Positions 16,599-29,187 of a DNA stretch of 64,000 bases are shown piece after piece. How positions within the stretch are numbered: the stretch's first letter is position 1; every line of letters begins with the position of its first letter. Source of the stretch: the human T2T-CHM13v2.0 reference genome, Homo sapiens. Both the position numbers and the translations under genes were made by a program. The notes beneath the pieces were generated by a model. That model did no database searches and was not told where the DNA came from. It was given only the letters and a program-made list of their open reading frames with translations. Location: assembly GCF_009914755.1 (NCBI RefSeq), contig NC_060933.1; one strand, 5' to 3'.

Positions 16599-17458
16599 GT
16601 TAGCTTTCTATTTTTGCGTAACAACTTTCCACAAACTTAGTGGCTTAAAACGTCACACATTTATTATCTTGGTTTTTGTGGGTCAAGAATTTTTGCACAG
16701 ATTAGCTTGATCCTCTGCTCAGGGTCTCCCAAGGCTGCAATCAAGATGTTGAATGGAATGATCAAATCAGGCACATTATCATACCTATCACTTCAAATAT
16801 TTACCATTTCTTTTTGGTGAGAACATCTAAAACCCTCCTTTTTAGGTATTTGAAATATATAATACATTTTTATTAACTATTCAAAACATCACGTTGTACC
16901 CCATAAACATATACAATTATTTGTTAATTAAAAATGAAATAAAATGTAAGAAATGATATAGGATGATGTCTGTTCCTTTCTGAAACTCAGGGCCCTCTTT
17001 CAAGTTCATGTGCTCGTTAGCTGAGTTCCTTGTGATTAGAGAACTAGGTCTTTTTCCTTCTTGTTGTCAGGTGGAAGCTTTTCTTAGGACGTAGAGGCCA
17101 TTCACAGTTACTTACCATGTGGTCCTTTCACAACATGGCCACTTCTTCAAAGCCAGTGGGAGAATCTCTCCCTTCAGGAAGGGATCTGTCTCTCTTTTTA
17201 AAGGCTTTTACCTGATTTAGTCAGGCCTTCCTAAGATGATCTCCATTTTGATTAATTCATTATGGTCAAATGATTTGAGAACTTATTTACATCTGCAAAA
17301 TCTCTTCACCTTTGCCAAAGAATATAACCTAATCATGATAATGATATTCTATCAAATTCACAGATTCTGCCCACACTCAAGATGAGAATTACACACAGAA
17401 GTTATATATACCAGTAGGCAGAAATCTTCAAGGCCATTTTAGAATTCTCCCTACCACA
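16599..17458 (-). mobile_element. MaLR solo LTR (MLT1E-like), interrupted by an L1 fragment
   Basis: CACAAACTTAGTGGCTTAAAA...CATTTATTATC at the left end and GGCCATTTTAGAATTCTCCCTACCACA at the right end. Confidence 0.85.
16751..16953 (+). mobile_element. L1MA-type 3' end with 5' inversion (twin-primed)
   Basis: 16751-16881 is reverse-strand and 16882-16953 forward-strand L1 3'UTR with an A-rich tail; a collinear relative lies at 40838-41043. Confidence 0.8.
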
Positions 17459-18517
17459 GATTTCTTAAGATATCATGGCTTAATACTCAAAGAATTAAGT
17501 GTTGCTGTTTTAATCATTTTCAGAATCCTTGAAGGAGAACTAGGATTACAGTTACTGTTCTTTAAGCTTAAAATGAGCTTCAATCAAGAGGAAGAAGGAA
17601 AATTGCTTAAGTCAGACCCGACAGCTAAAGGTAAAAGATGCCTAGATTCTTTAAAACTTAGTTTAAAAGCACTCTAGTGTTCAGCTCAGCTAAGGGAAAG
17701 GATGCTTTGTTACAGAATACAATGACAGTTCTGGAAAATAGCAGCCTCTATAGCTTCTGACACCAGGAACACAGATGTAGGAGGGGAAACAATTTTGTGA
17801 AAAGCTACCTTATTTGGAAGAAGTCTTGGTTTAAGTAAAAGAAAAAAAAGGTAGGGGGGGGTTGGGGTAGGGGGCTGATCTTTGTATGTTTGGAAATGAA
17901 TAGAAGCAGATATTCTTCGGCAGACCCACCTAGTGTATGTAGGACCAGGGTAAGAGGATTTCATTGCACTGTGTTTTGTTTTGTTTTTTCTAGATAGGGC
18001 TGAAAATATATAATTCTGATGGATTTTTAACTTAACTGTTTACCTTCCTTTTCTTCCATTTCCTTTACTCCAAATTGTCTGGTTTTTGCTTTTTTCCAGT
18101 AGCTGGTACAAAAATAAAATGATAATGTTGTACTTTATTGAAAACAGCAATGAACACACAACCACTACTACCATCATTTAAGAATCTTTCCAAATATAGT
18201 GTCTTTGTTCTGTCTCTGTGTGTGTGTGTGTGTTTATATGTGCATTTAATGGTTATAATATCAGCTATTTCTGCAATTTCTTTGGCAAGATTTATCCTAC
18301 AACAGGGTCACCCTGTCAGACTGAGGGATTACAGGATTTTTCTAGAGCTAAAATTATAACTATTCAGCCTAAAAAACATAACCTCTGCTCTTATGGGCTC
18401 AGTACAGTAGCTAATGTTCATTATGCCAGTTTGAGAGACTAGGAAAAACTGAATTTCCCTTTAAATACCTGGGACTCAGAGTTTCTGGAAGACCAAACTT
18501 TTTTTTTTTTTTTCACA

Positions 18518-18668
18518 CAATGTTTTTGAACCTTGAATATGCAAAAGGATCTCCTGAGTTTTTGTTGAAAATGTAGAATGAGTAGATCTCTGTAGTGCAC
18601 AATAATCTACTTTTTAAATAAGCCTTCTGGGAATACTTATTCAGGAAGTCCACACTTAGAGAAATATG
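18518..18668. mobile_element. MER5-like hAT-Charlie fragment
   Basis: TTTTTGAACCTTGAATATGCA...TCTCCTGAGTTTTTGTTGAAAATGTAGA...CCACACTTAGAGAAA. Confidence 0.55.
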
Positions 18669-21039
18669 ATGGGTAACATAGTTCAAGGGTGCAGGGTAAT
18701 TTTTTTAAGGACAAAAAGTTCAAGTAGGGCACTCGTAAACTTATTTTAAATGCCATATTTCATTATGAGGACACTGATACACATTATTATTGAATCAATG
18801 GTGGAATCAGCCACCATTGCCCATGCTGTTGTTTTTAGATATGTGCTCCTTTTTGCCCCCATAAACTCCACACAAATGCTGAATTTATATTCTCAGATTC
18901 CTTTGTGACACTCAGCTCTAAAGCCTTCCTCCAATAATGTTTGGCCTTCTGCATTTTCATCTTTCCCATGCTTTCGCTTACCTTCTTTTTTTGTTGGTCA
19001 AAGAGAGCCGACTCTGGTGTTCTGGAAAGTCCATTTGTTTAAAGAACAAGGGACTTCCTTCTAGCATTCTAAACATTTTCTTTCTTTAGGTTAGGGTCAG
19101 AAGCAAGGGCACCGACTCATGTCTTTAGCTTCTGCTAAAGGAATTTTTTTTTCCTTTCTGTAGAAGTTCTAAAGCATGCCCAGGGCCCTACTTTAAAAGA
19201 TCTCTTTCTTTGTCCTTCTACTATTTTGATCAGATTGTCTGCATCCTGGAATCAAGTGCTCTAGGAATCCATGAACTAAAGTTAGACTGCATGCCCATAA
19301 AGTGAAAGGAACCCCCCCCAAAACTTATGCACGCCTTCTGCTGACAATCCTTTTTGAAAAGCATTAATTCTTCAAGTAAGGTAAATGGTGTGTTATGAAG
19401 TATGTTGACTTTTCAGTCTCTTCTTTGGAGGTCTCACCCACTCTGCCGACTTCAGTTGATTCATGTGGAAGCTTCCTAAACCTACAGCAGTAGCCCTGAT
19501 TTATCTTCTCAACTTCATCCCACACTTCTATTTGACTATTGGCCATTTCCACTGGTCCAACATGCCTTAGTTGAGACCAACTAAGGTCTCAACTTATTTC
19601 TTAAGAAATAAGAGGAAAATAAACTTATCTGCCTTTATGCAAGCCAGTGGCAAACCAGCCTCCTTCTCTACTTCTGTTCCTCATTCTCAACTCCCAAGCT
19701 GGGAAAGGTGAAATCATATTTTGTTCCTCATTCTTCCATAATTCTAAAAATGGTCACTCTCAAGGTTCTATTTTCATTTCCAACAACTTTTATATACACC
19801 TCTTCTTTTCTATTTCACCTTCCTAACTCAAGCTCTTAGCATTTTGAAATATTTTAAAAAGACCCTTAACATCAATTTATATATATTAATAACTTGTCTG
19901 ACACAGGTGTGCAAACTCACACACAATAGCTAGAGAAAACTGGATATTATTTAGCACTTGGGAAAATAAATTTCCTTGAGATTTTGATAGATTAAAAAAA
20001 TTCTGGATTTCAAGTTTTACACATAGGAATTACCTATTTTACTGCTCAAAACATAGTAAATATTTCCACAGTTTGGAAAGTCTCTCCTGTTGGTAACCTA
20101 GGCTGAAGGTAGTTTAGCTCTCGGAGGACTCTAGTGAACAACAGTTTTCTGTTTCATACTTTACTGCTCTGTGCAAGCCAACCACAGTCTCTCCCAATGC
20201 CCCAGAGGTCCCTACCCTCGATCAGAGTCTTCAGCTCTCCACTCAGGAGGGAAGACCAAAGTGAGACTGTTTTTAGAATTTCCTGGGAAGGCTTGCAGAG
20301 GCAGGTATCAAATGGCAATCAACCACTGGCCACTGGGGGACAAGAGCACAGAAAACCTGCAGAAACTGCATCATCTTAAACATGTGAAATCAGATATTAG
20401 TTGGGGTCCTGTAACTTTTCAGATTTGAATTAAATTGCCTTCAGTCTACCAACACCATAGATGGTGGAAGTCCGAAGCCCTCCTTTGAATTTCTGTGATA
20501 CCACAAGGGGTATCTGTTTTCCTGACCTCGTGGCTATTTTCCCTTATGGCTCTGGCTTCTTTGTACACTACTTCTGTCCTGTCCTACCTGGGAACCCTGC
20601 TCCCCCTTCCAGTTTTACCGCGTACACTCATACAAGTGACAACAAGTTGACTAGAATTGCTGGAAAGTTTTGGTTGGTCTTGATGCATTGTATAGCTTTC
20701 TGCCCTTATACTGAGTTCCCATTTTCTTCTCCCTGCCCACCTTTGCCCACCATAGCCTAACTCCTAAATTGCTTTAGGAGCTACAAATTCCTTCTTTTGT
20801 TTTACAGTTTTCTCCTTTCCTCTAAGCCTCAGTGCCAGCAAACCTTCAGTTCTTAGATTGTGTAGGGAGAGGTGGGAGGGTAGAGAGGGGGGCCAGGGTT
20901 TATTTCCTACCCCAAGCACTTAACAAAGTAGCTTTTCAAGGCTTCTTTTTTCCTTGACATTAATTATAGAGTTAGCTATTAAGATTAAAACATTTTCTGA
21001 TTTGCTAAATGCAAATATCGCATATACTTATGAATAGAT

Positions 21040-21121
21040 CTATACCTATATGTACAAAATGCATATGCATATGAAAAGGATATTCTAAATAGAAAATTAA
21101 AAAATTATAAATTTCTCTCTT

Positions 21122-21175
<54 letters not shown>

Positions 21176-21305
21176 CATACAGGAAATACACCAAAATGTT
21201 AACAATGGTCATCTGAGTAATGGGATTGTGGCTAATATTTATATTCATACTGATCCTTTACTGTAATTTTAACATCTAGATATGTATTATTTAATAATAT
21301 AAAAA
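21040..21305 (+). mobile_element. Old L1 (L1ME/MC-like) 3' end hosting a CA repeat
   Basis: GGAAATACACCAAAATGTTAACAATGGTCATCT...GGGATT...ATGTATTATTTAATAATATAAAA. Confidence 0.6.
21127..21174. repeat. (CA)24 perfect microsatellite
   Basis: Uninterrupted CA run. Confidence 0.98.
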
Positions 21306-22178
21306 GCCATACAATATGACGTTAAGGATGCAGTGAGGTATCCCATAGTCCACCTAGAGTCACAGAGAGTTCACTGCCCCAGTAGGCAGCAGAGGGGAGG
21401 CCTCATCCTTGCGTAGTCCCTTGTAAGTGTGGGACATCATTTCTACTCTCTGAGCTGTTGGGGACAGAGAACAGATCATTGGATTTGTATGGATGGAGGT
21501 CACTGGTGACCTTGAAAAAGCTATTACAATGCAGTGGTGAGGACAATTCTGATTTTCAAATGGGTTTATTTATATTGTCTTCTTCAAGAAATACTTGACA
21601 TAATCTTCTAAAGAGATAAGTAACTTCGAAACCTTGAAAATGCAGAACATCTCTTTATTTTTCTGGATATGGGAATTATAATGCAATCCACTGAGAGGTA
21701 TGTGGGGCTTCTGGCAGATTTTGGAATTAATTGTAATTTTTTCTCTAGTGAAGGCATATTATAAGTTCCTTTGTTGTACCTGATATTTAGTGTATTTCTG
21801 TACCCTGCCCCCGTTATTGATAAAGATGTCTTACCTAGGAACAGGCTCAGGGAGTTGTTTGGCTTTTGAAACATCCTTCACTATTATTTCTTATGTGTCT
21901 CTTCTTGTGACAAGGGGACCTATTTTCAAGAGCGCCAACTAGGCATAAGAGTATATTTGTGGTATTGAGAACACAAGGTTTGAATTCAGACAGATATGCA
22001 ACTGAATTCCAAGATTATCATTTATTGGCATGCCATTTTGGGAAATGTCAGAGCTTTCCATAACATCACATGCAACTGCTATTCTGAGACATTTTTGTCA
22101 TAATGTTATGTTTATCAGGCAGCTTTCCTACAACTTAAGGGAAAGCAGACTCTTCTATATCAGGTAAAAATCACATAT

Positions 22179-22537
<359 letters not shown>

Positions 22538-24037
22538 AAAAATTACATATTGGGCCATTGTCTTCCCCCTCTGCTAGAGGCAGAAGCTGACATATGCCAT
22601 GGTGTTCACTAAGCAAATGGGAGTCAACATGATGCATATCAACTTGAACAGGAATACCCGTGGGGGCATGCAGAATATGCCATCAGGAGTCAACAAAAAA
22701 CATTGTGTATATTTCCAGTTTTGCCTTTCCCATTTCACACTGTCTCAAAATTTAGGCCCTAAAGATAAAGCATCTCATTAGGCAGAGTACTATAAAGAAA
22801 GTATATTAAAGATGGTCCAGTTGTTGATCCTCATGTAGGGAACAGAATCCCAAAGCAAACAACTTCATTCTCTAATGCAAAAGCAGAGACCCAAAGACAA
22901 CACTGCTGCAAACATTACTTGGCTATTAAGGGAAAACCAGTAGGTGGTGCTGCTGCTCCGTGTGTTCCTTCTGAGGTCTTCAACTGTGCGTGCAGAAGAA
23001 ACTTGCTTTTCAAATGGCGAAGTGATTTAATGATACTGATGCAAGAGGTCTGCTAAAAAGAGTAGCCCCTGATGGTGTCAGTCAGAAGTAAGCTTTTCTT
23101 GGAAGGGGCTTAGCTCATTTGACCTCGGAAACTGAAGGCTTTGCTCCACCAAAGAGAACAAAAATCAGAGGAAGATTTGCAAAGAGCAGAGCTTTCAATT
23201 CCCCCATAGAGAAAATGAGGTTAGTGGTCTGGAGACAGCAAGCAAAAACAGCACAACTAAAGATATTAGCCCCATAGAGCCCTGAGGTTAATGTGGATGA
23301 TAAGAGCCCAACTACGTACTAATTTGGTTTGTTAACTTATTACATCCTTGAGAGAATTTCTTCCCCCCTGGACAGGATGAAGAATTCCCTTGAGCAACAG
23401 AGGTTTTTGTACTAGGAGATTAAGTAGCATAGAAAATTACAGCCCTGCATTTGTGCTATTTGAGTTAAGGTGGTGTCAGCATTCCTATTTTAAGCCATTA
23501 TTTTCAAGGATTTGAGTTTGCCTGGTACATACAGATTCAGCCCCAGAATCACACATACAGAACATGTGTTGTCTGAGTGGGCTGTCACAGACAATCACAA
23601 CCACTGCAGGAGAAATGGGTCATTGGAGATGATTCACTCTCATTCTTAAACAAAAAAAGACAATAGAAGTAAGCTTACAATTCACTGCCAAAATATGTAA
23701 TGAGTTAAAAAAAACGTTGCAAGAAGATTTGTAGTGCAAAGACTTAGTGCTCATGTGTGACAACCAAATTGAAAAAACACGCTCTTATTAGCTTTTAATG
23801 ATTACTTGGGCCAATGGTCTGTGAACTGAGATAGATCTCCATGAAGCTATAAGAGGCCCTAAAGAGTGTCTGGGTAATAAATATATATTATTTTCCAAAT
23901 TGGTTAGCACATGGAGGTGAGCATTACTCTGAAAGGGCAGCTGGCTGGGTTGTATAATAACTTAGCCAAAATGTCTGACTGTATACATAGCTTCCCATTT
24001 TCTCTATGAGTGCCCATTGCAATCACAAGGGAAGGAA

Positions 24038-24265
24038 GGTAATAAGCACTTACAGAGGTATTTTATGGTTCAGACTCTATCTATATATTTGCTTACTTAC
24101 TCCTACAATTATCCCTGTGTAGTAGGAATTACTGTTCCCATTTTAGAGGTGAGAAAACTGAGGCTTCATGAAATGAAGCAACTTTCCTTGGGGACTCAGA
24201 TTGGTGAATGCCTGGGATTCGAGCTAAGGGTTATCCAGTCTGAAAACCGTGACATTTCCATTGCA
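24038..24265 (-). mobile_element. MIR SINE
   Basis: CCCATTTTAGAGGTGAGAAAACTGAGGCTT core. Confidence 0.8.
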
Positions 24266-24324
24266 ATAGATTACATATTTGTTCCTTAGGAAATATTTCA
24301 CTTCTTTTCAATTCATATTTGCTT

Positions 24325-24445
24325 TTGACAAGGCTAATCTCAGTTTTCTTACCTGTAGAGTAAGGATAACATTATCAGCCTCACAGGGTTGTGACCATGA
24401 CTTAGTACAGGGCCTAACACACAGAAAACACTCTACTAATGCTGC
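24325..24445 (+). mobile_element. MIR SINE fragment
   Basis: CTCAGTTTTCTTACCTGTAGAGTAAGGATAA...CCTCACAGGGTTGTGA. Confidence 0.7.
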
Positions 24446-27344
24446 CCAACATTACTGAGGTGGCATTCAGCAAAAAATGAAAAACAAGGGCGTAGTAAAC
24501 AATGAGCTTTGATTGTAACTGCACCTTGTAGCATTTAAGGGAATTGTGCCACAGAAGTGTTAGTTTCCTCAATTTTCTCAGATTCATGATGCAAAGAGTA
24601 GAGTACATACATTGATTTTCCAGCCAATATGTAGACAAAGACCAAGAAAGAAAACAGGCATGGAAAATTGCATGTCAATACTTAGAGAAACAAGGTGATT
24701 GCAGTAATTGAGCAGAACCAGAAGAAGTCACATGTGTGATTGTCAGCTGCCCTTAGGATACTGGTACTGGTCTTGTCTTCACAGTCTTTGAACAGACTAG
24801 GTGGGACTGTGTAGATAGGACACCTTCGTCTCAAATCAACAGGGTTCATTTTAAATGGACATACACATACAATAAAGTGGTTTTAGAGAAACAAAAATCA
24901 TACCAGGAGTTTTGACAGTAAGTGTATACGAAACAGTGTTTCAGCTCTCCACAAGGCCCAATATGGGTACCATGATGCCAGGGGGCCCCTCAGGCTTTTG
25001 TGCTTTGGAGGTCACAAAGATGTTTTGAAGACAAAGAGTTCCCTACTGGGGGAATTGGATTGGCTGACCTGAAGGAGGTAGCATTTTGTGAGGCAAATAT
25101 GTAGAAGAGCAGAGAAGGTGGTGGGTGTGGGTTAGGGGTAGGGCCAGTGAGGGCAAGGGAAGAATACTGAAAAGAAGAAGAGGCACGTGTGTTGTTAAGT
25201 GGAGGCAGAGAATGAAAAATAGCCCGAAGAAGAGTCTGATGAGGGTCTTATGTTTTTAGATGAATCACGCATGAGAATTTTTTACCCAATGGTTTCAAAC
25301 TCACATGTAGTACAAACACACACACGCACAGCACGAGCTTGAGGGAGAGAGATCATTCAGAAAGGAACTGCCTTTTGGTGCCCGATAATGTGCCAAATGC
25401 TTCTTCACTCATTAGCTAAACTAATCCTGCTACATGGATGTTGCATTTTTCCATATTAGGCATGAGGAAACTGACTCTCAGCCTTAGGTTGCATAGCTTA
25501 TAAGAGGCAGAACAAAGGTTTAAACTTGCCTTAAAGTTTTGTTTTTCTAACTAGGTCAATGCTGAGTTTTTGTTGTGGTGCAAGATCTTGGTAGGAGCAC
25601 CTTTTTCTGAAGTTGGTTGTGAGAATAAAAATGGACAAGATCGTATAAAGCCCCTTGAACAGGGACTTGTACATAATAAATGCTTAGGAAGTGCGATTTT
25701 ACCTTCACCATCTCATTAAACAGTCAGAATGTATGTAGCCTAATGCCTCCCAGTCAATTACTAAGCTGGGTTTGATTCACACCCTTGTAGTATACTTTGG
25801 AAGAAAAAGTTTTTGTAGGAGAAAAACTTTAATTTTATGAAATAGCCTCTAAGAGACCCTGAGAGGTTGCTGAGAATTGAGTTCCCAGTTTCATTACAAA
25901 TAAAAACAATAGAAGCTGCTTGACAAGGCAGGGTAATCAATTCCAGGTGACTGTCAGGCATTGTGTCTACTGGGAAGCAATCTAGAAGCACAGCAATATT
26001 GAAACACCATGTGAATTGCATTGTTCCTTAATGGTTTTGGCCCTTTGGATATAGGCAGATGTGTGGGATGTGGGCTTCTTTAAATTACATTATTTTACCT
26101 CCTGGGGGATTTCAATTTATCTCCATGAGCTGATCTACAATACCACACAGGTTGTTGCTGGTAGAATGTGTGTCTTCTGGGGGGGGTCGGTGGTAAGGTT
26201 TGGAATAAGGAACCATCTCCTGCTTAATGCAAAGAAAACACTGATACTAAGTAGAGAACTGTGCAAATTAACACCATCTAGGTTAGTAAGGCTGTTGTTG
26301 ACAGAGTTTAGAATTGCTTCTGCAAATATAGAGCCCAAGGAAATCTACACTTTGGGGTCTCAATGAGGATACACCAAATAGTGATGAAGATTCTTTGCTT
26401 TTCTATAAAAAAGGAGGGCTTTATTTTATACATTTTTAAGGTAAAGGAGTGGACTGATATAACCTGAACCAAGTGGATACTTCATCTAGCCTCACCTGCA
26501 GAAGTCCATTTGTAGAATAGCCAGGTAACACCATTATTTTCCCAGTAGATTCAACGAAATGTTGGCACATTCCTTGCCATGGAAGGAAGGCAACTCATGT
26601 ATTCCAAGGTTCTGTGCCTTGCATTCAATATTTGTTGTTCAATGGTCACTATAGCTGCATTTTACGAGTGGAAAATCGAGGTGGAGAAAAATCAACATAA
26701 TGAGAGTCATGGCCCATGAGTGGAAGGGTTTGTATCAGGATGTACTTGGCTGCTCCCCTCCAGGGGAGGTGTGCATAAGCTCTAGATTGTAAAATCAGGC
26801 ATAGTGGCACTTTTTGTTATCTATTGATTAGTGACTCTTGCAGGTGGCCACATAACATCTCAGTGCTGCACCAGTGTCTCCGGCCCCTGCTATAGGCAAT
26901 TCATAATACAGCCACAGCTGGGGCTGGCCTAGTTTCTTTTTTCCTCACTCCTAGTGGTATATCTTAATAAAGAATTTATTTGAAATGACTTAACTTTTGG
27001 AAATAAACATCAAATCAATCATTTCATAAGGAAACTGCATACTCCATGCCACTAAATTCCATGAAGCATTTTACTTGTGAGATTGAAAATTTTGGGCCTC
27101 TTTGGAGTCATCTTCCCCAGGTGATGTTACCTGAGAGCATCATCCACAGTATCTTCACCTTTTGTGACATGTTCTCAGAGGTGCTTAGATTCCTGGAGGC
27201 TTTTTGAAACCAGCTATTCGTACCCTTCTTAATGAAGGAAAGAGAAAAAAAATGTAGTTCCTTTTCTATGGGTGATGCATCTTTACAGTACCTTGTCTGC
27301 TCTGTCTTGTTCCTCTGGGCCATGGCAAGAGCTCTTAAGCTGGT

Positions 27345-27860
27345 GTCCATCATGGGCTTCAAGGGTCCACAAATCCTCAGGAATGGCATGTAAATTTGTA
27401 TGTGTGCACTTCCATATACTATGCACATCGATGTGGTTCGGCTCTGTGTCCCCACCCAAATCTCATCTCAAATTTTAATCCCCACATGTCAAGGGAGGGA
27501 CCTGGTGGGAGGTGATTGGATTATGGGGACATTTCTCCCATGCTCTTCTTGTGATAGTGAGTGAGTTCTCATGAGATCTGATGGTTTAAAAGTGTTTGTC
27601 AGTTCCTCCCTTCTCTTTCTCTCTCTCTCTCCTGCTGCCATGTAAGATGTGCCTTGTTTCCCCTTTGCCTTCCTCCATGATTGTAAGTTTCCTAAAGCCT
27701 CTCTAGCCATGCAGAACTGTGAGTCAATTAAACCTCCTTTCTTTATAAATTATCCAGTCTCAAGTAGTATTTTTATAGCAGTTCGAGAATGGACTAATAA
27801 ACACATGTTTCTGAAAAAAGGGTCTACGGTTTTAATCAGATTTTCAAAGAGTTCATATAT
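27345..27860. mobile_element. hAT-Charlie (MER112-like) remnant split by THE1D
   Basis: CATGGGCTTCAAGGGTCCAC on the left and GGGTCTACGGTTTTAATCAGATTTTCAAAGAG on the right of the LTR. Confidence 0.5.
27429..27801 (+). mobile_element. THE1D-like MaLR solo LTR
   Basis: GATGTGGTTCGGCTCTGTGTCCCCACCCAAATCTCATCTC...AGAACTGTGAGTCAATTAAACCTC...GGACTAATA; 5-bp TSD CACAT at 27424-27428 and 27802-27806. Confidence 0.92.
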
Positions 27861-28534
27861 TCCACTGCAAAGTTACATTGCATGGCTCTATGAATTTCTT
27901 TTGGGTAAGCACATAATTTCTTTTATGCTTTGGGTCTTTTCTTTTCCTAATATTTTATCTTTATTGTATTTTCCATATCACTTTGATTTTTAGATTTCTG
28001 TAACACAGTGGTATAATAAGGATGCCTGTCTGTCACTGTTTACTTATAAATTTTGGACTCTAAAAATGTGGGAAAGTTTTTGTGTGGAGTAACTATATGT
28101 TTATTGCTTTCCTAAAGTAGAGATTACATATTGATACCCATAGGTCAACTCATGAACGATGTTTATAAAATGATTGTTTTTAGTTGGGCAATACAGTCAG
28201 AAATTAATAGCTCTCACATTAAGATTGTTGGCTTTTCTTCAACATTTGGAAGACCTACCACTGCTGGATTCATATTCCTGCATGAAAACACAGGCCAGAG
28301 CTGAGTTTGCTCCCCAGTGAGCCAGTCTCTGTCTGATACCAAGGTCACATTTGGGTATTATTATTGCATTTGTTTGTTTCCCCTTAAAGTAGAGAAATAA
28401 TTTTCTATACATACATCTATCTTATTCATTTGCATTCCTCTTCCTGTAGAAATTTAAGTATAGAATCATTGTTCTAAACCCTAAGATCAGAATATTAGAA
28501 GAAGAAAGGGGAAAAGGGGAAAAGGGGAAGTTAT

Positions 28535-28948
28535 TGTGGTCAAAGCCCTGCCGTCCAGGCCAGATCCCCCTTTCCAGGCTGGTTCTCATCCCCCAGGTGC
28601 CTTGAGTGTTGGCTACTAATAGCCCACAGCTCCCCTTCTCGTTTCTTCCACCTTGCTAGGACAGTTACTGCCCTTCAATACCCCTGCCACACTCCACAGC
28701 CCACAGCCAATGACTGATGAACCCTGGATGCAAAAGTGAGAGGAACTTTGTTGTGTGATTTTTCTTCCAGTTTCCCAGTGGGGTCAGATTAAACAAAGGC
28801 TCCAGCTGATATGGCATCTTTGCCCAGTTGCTCTCCCCTACCCTCCCCTGCTTCCCTGCTCCCTGTATCCTGAGGGCACTCTCCCTAATCAATCACTTGC
28901 ATGAGAATTCCCACCTTAGGCCCTTTTAGGAAATCCATCCTGATAAGA
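28535..28948 (+). mobile_element. ERVL solo LTR (LTR16-like)
   Basis: GAGTGTTGGCTACTAATAGCCCACAGCT, CAGCCCACAGCCAATGACTGA, CCTGAGGGCACTCTCCCTAATCAATCACTTGCATGAGAAT. Confidence 0.7.
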
Positions 28949-29187
28949 TGCTTTCTGTTTAGAGGACACCTTAGGAATGATTGCAATCTTTTAGTTATCA
29001 GTTTCCATTTCATGATGGAACACGTGGGAACCAGAATTGGAAACAGAGTATCCTAAAATCCTTGGATCATTTCTGTAACCGAATAATTCCTATTTCAGAG
29101 ATGGCAAGTAAATTTCAACTCTCATCTTAATACTATTTGATTAGTATCTCCTGCTTAGAATACAATGTTGAGAATGACTCTCAGGTG

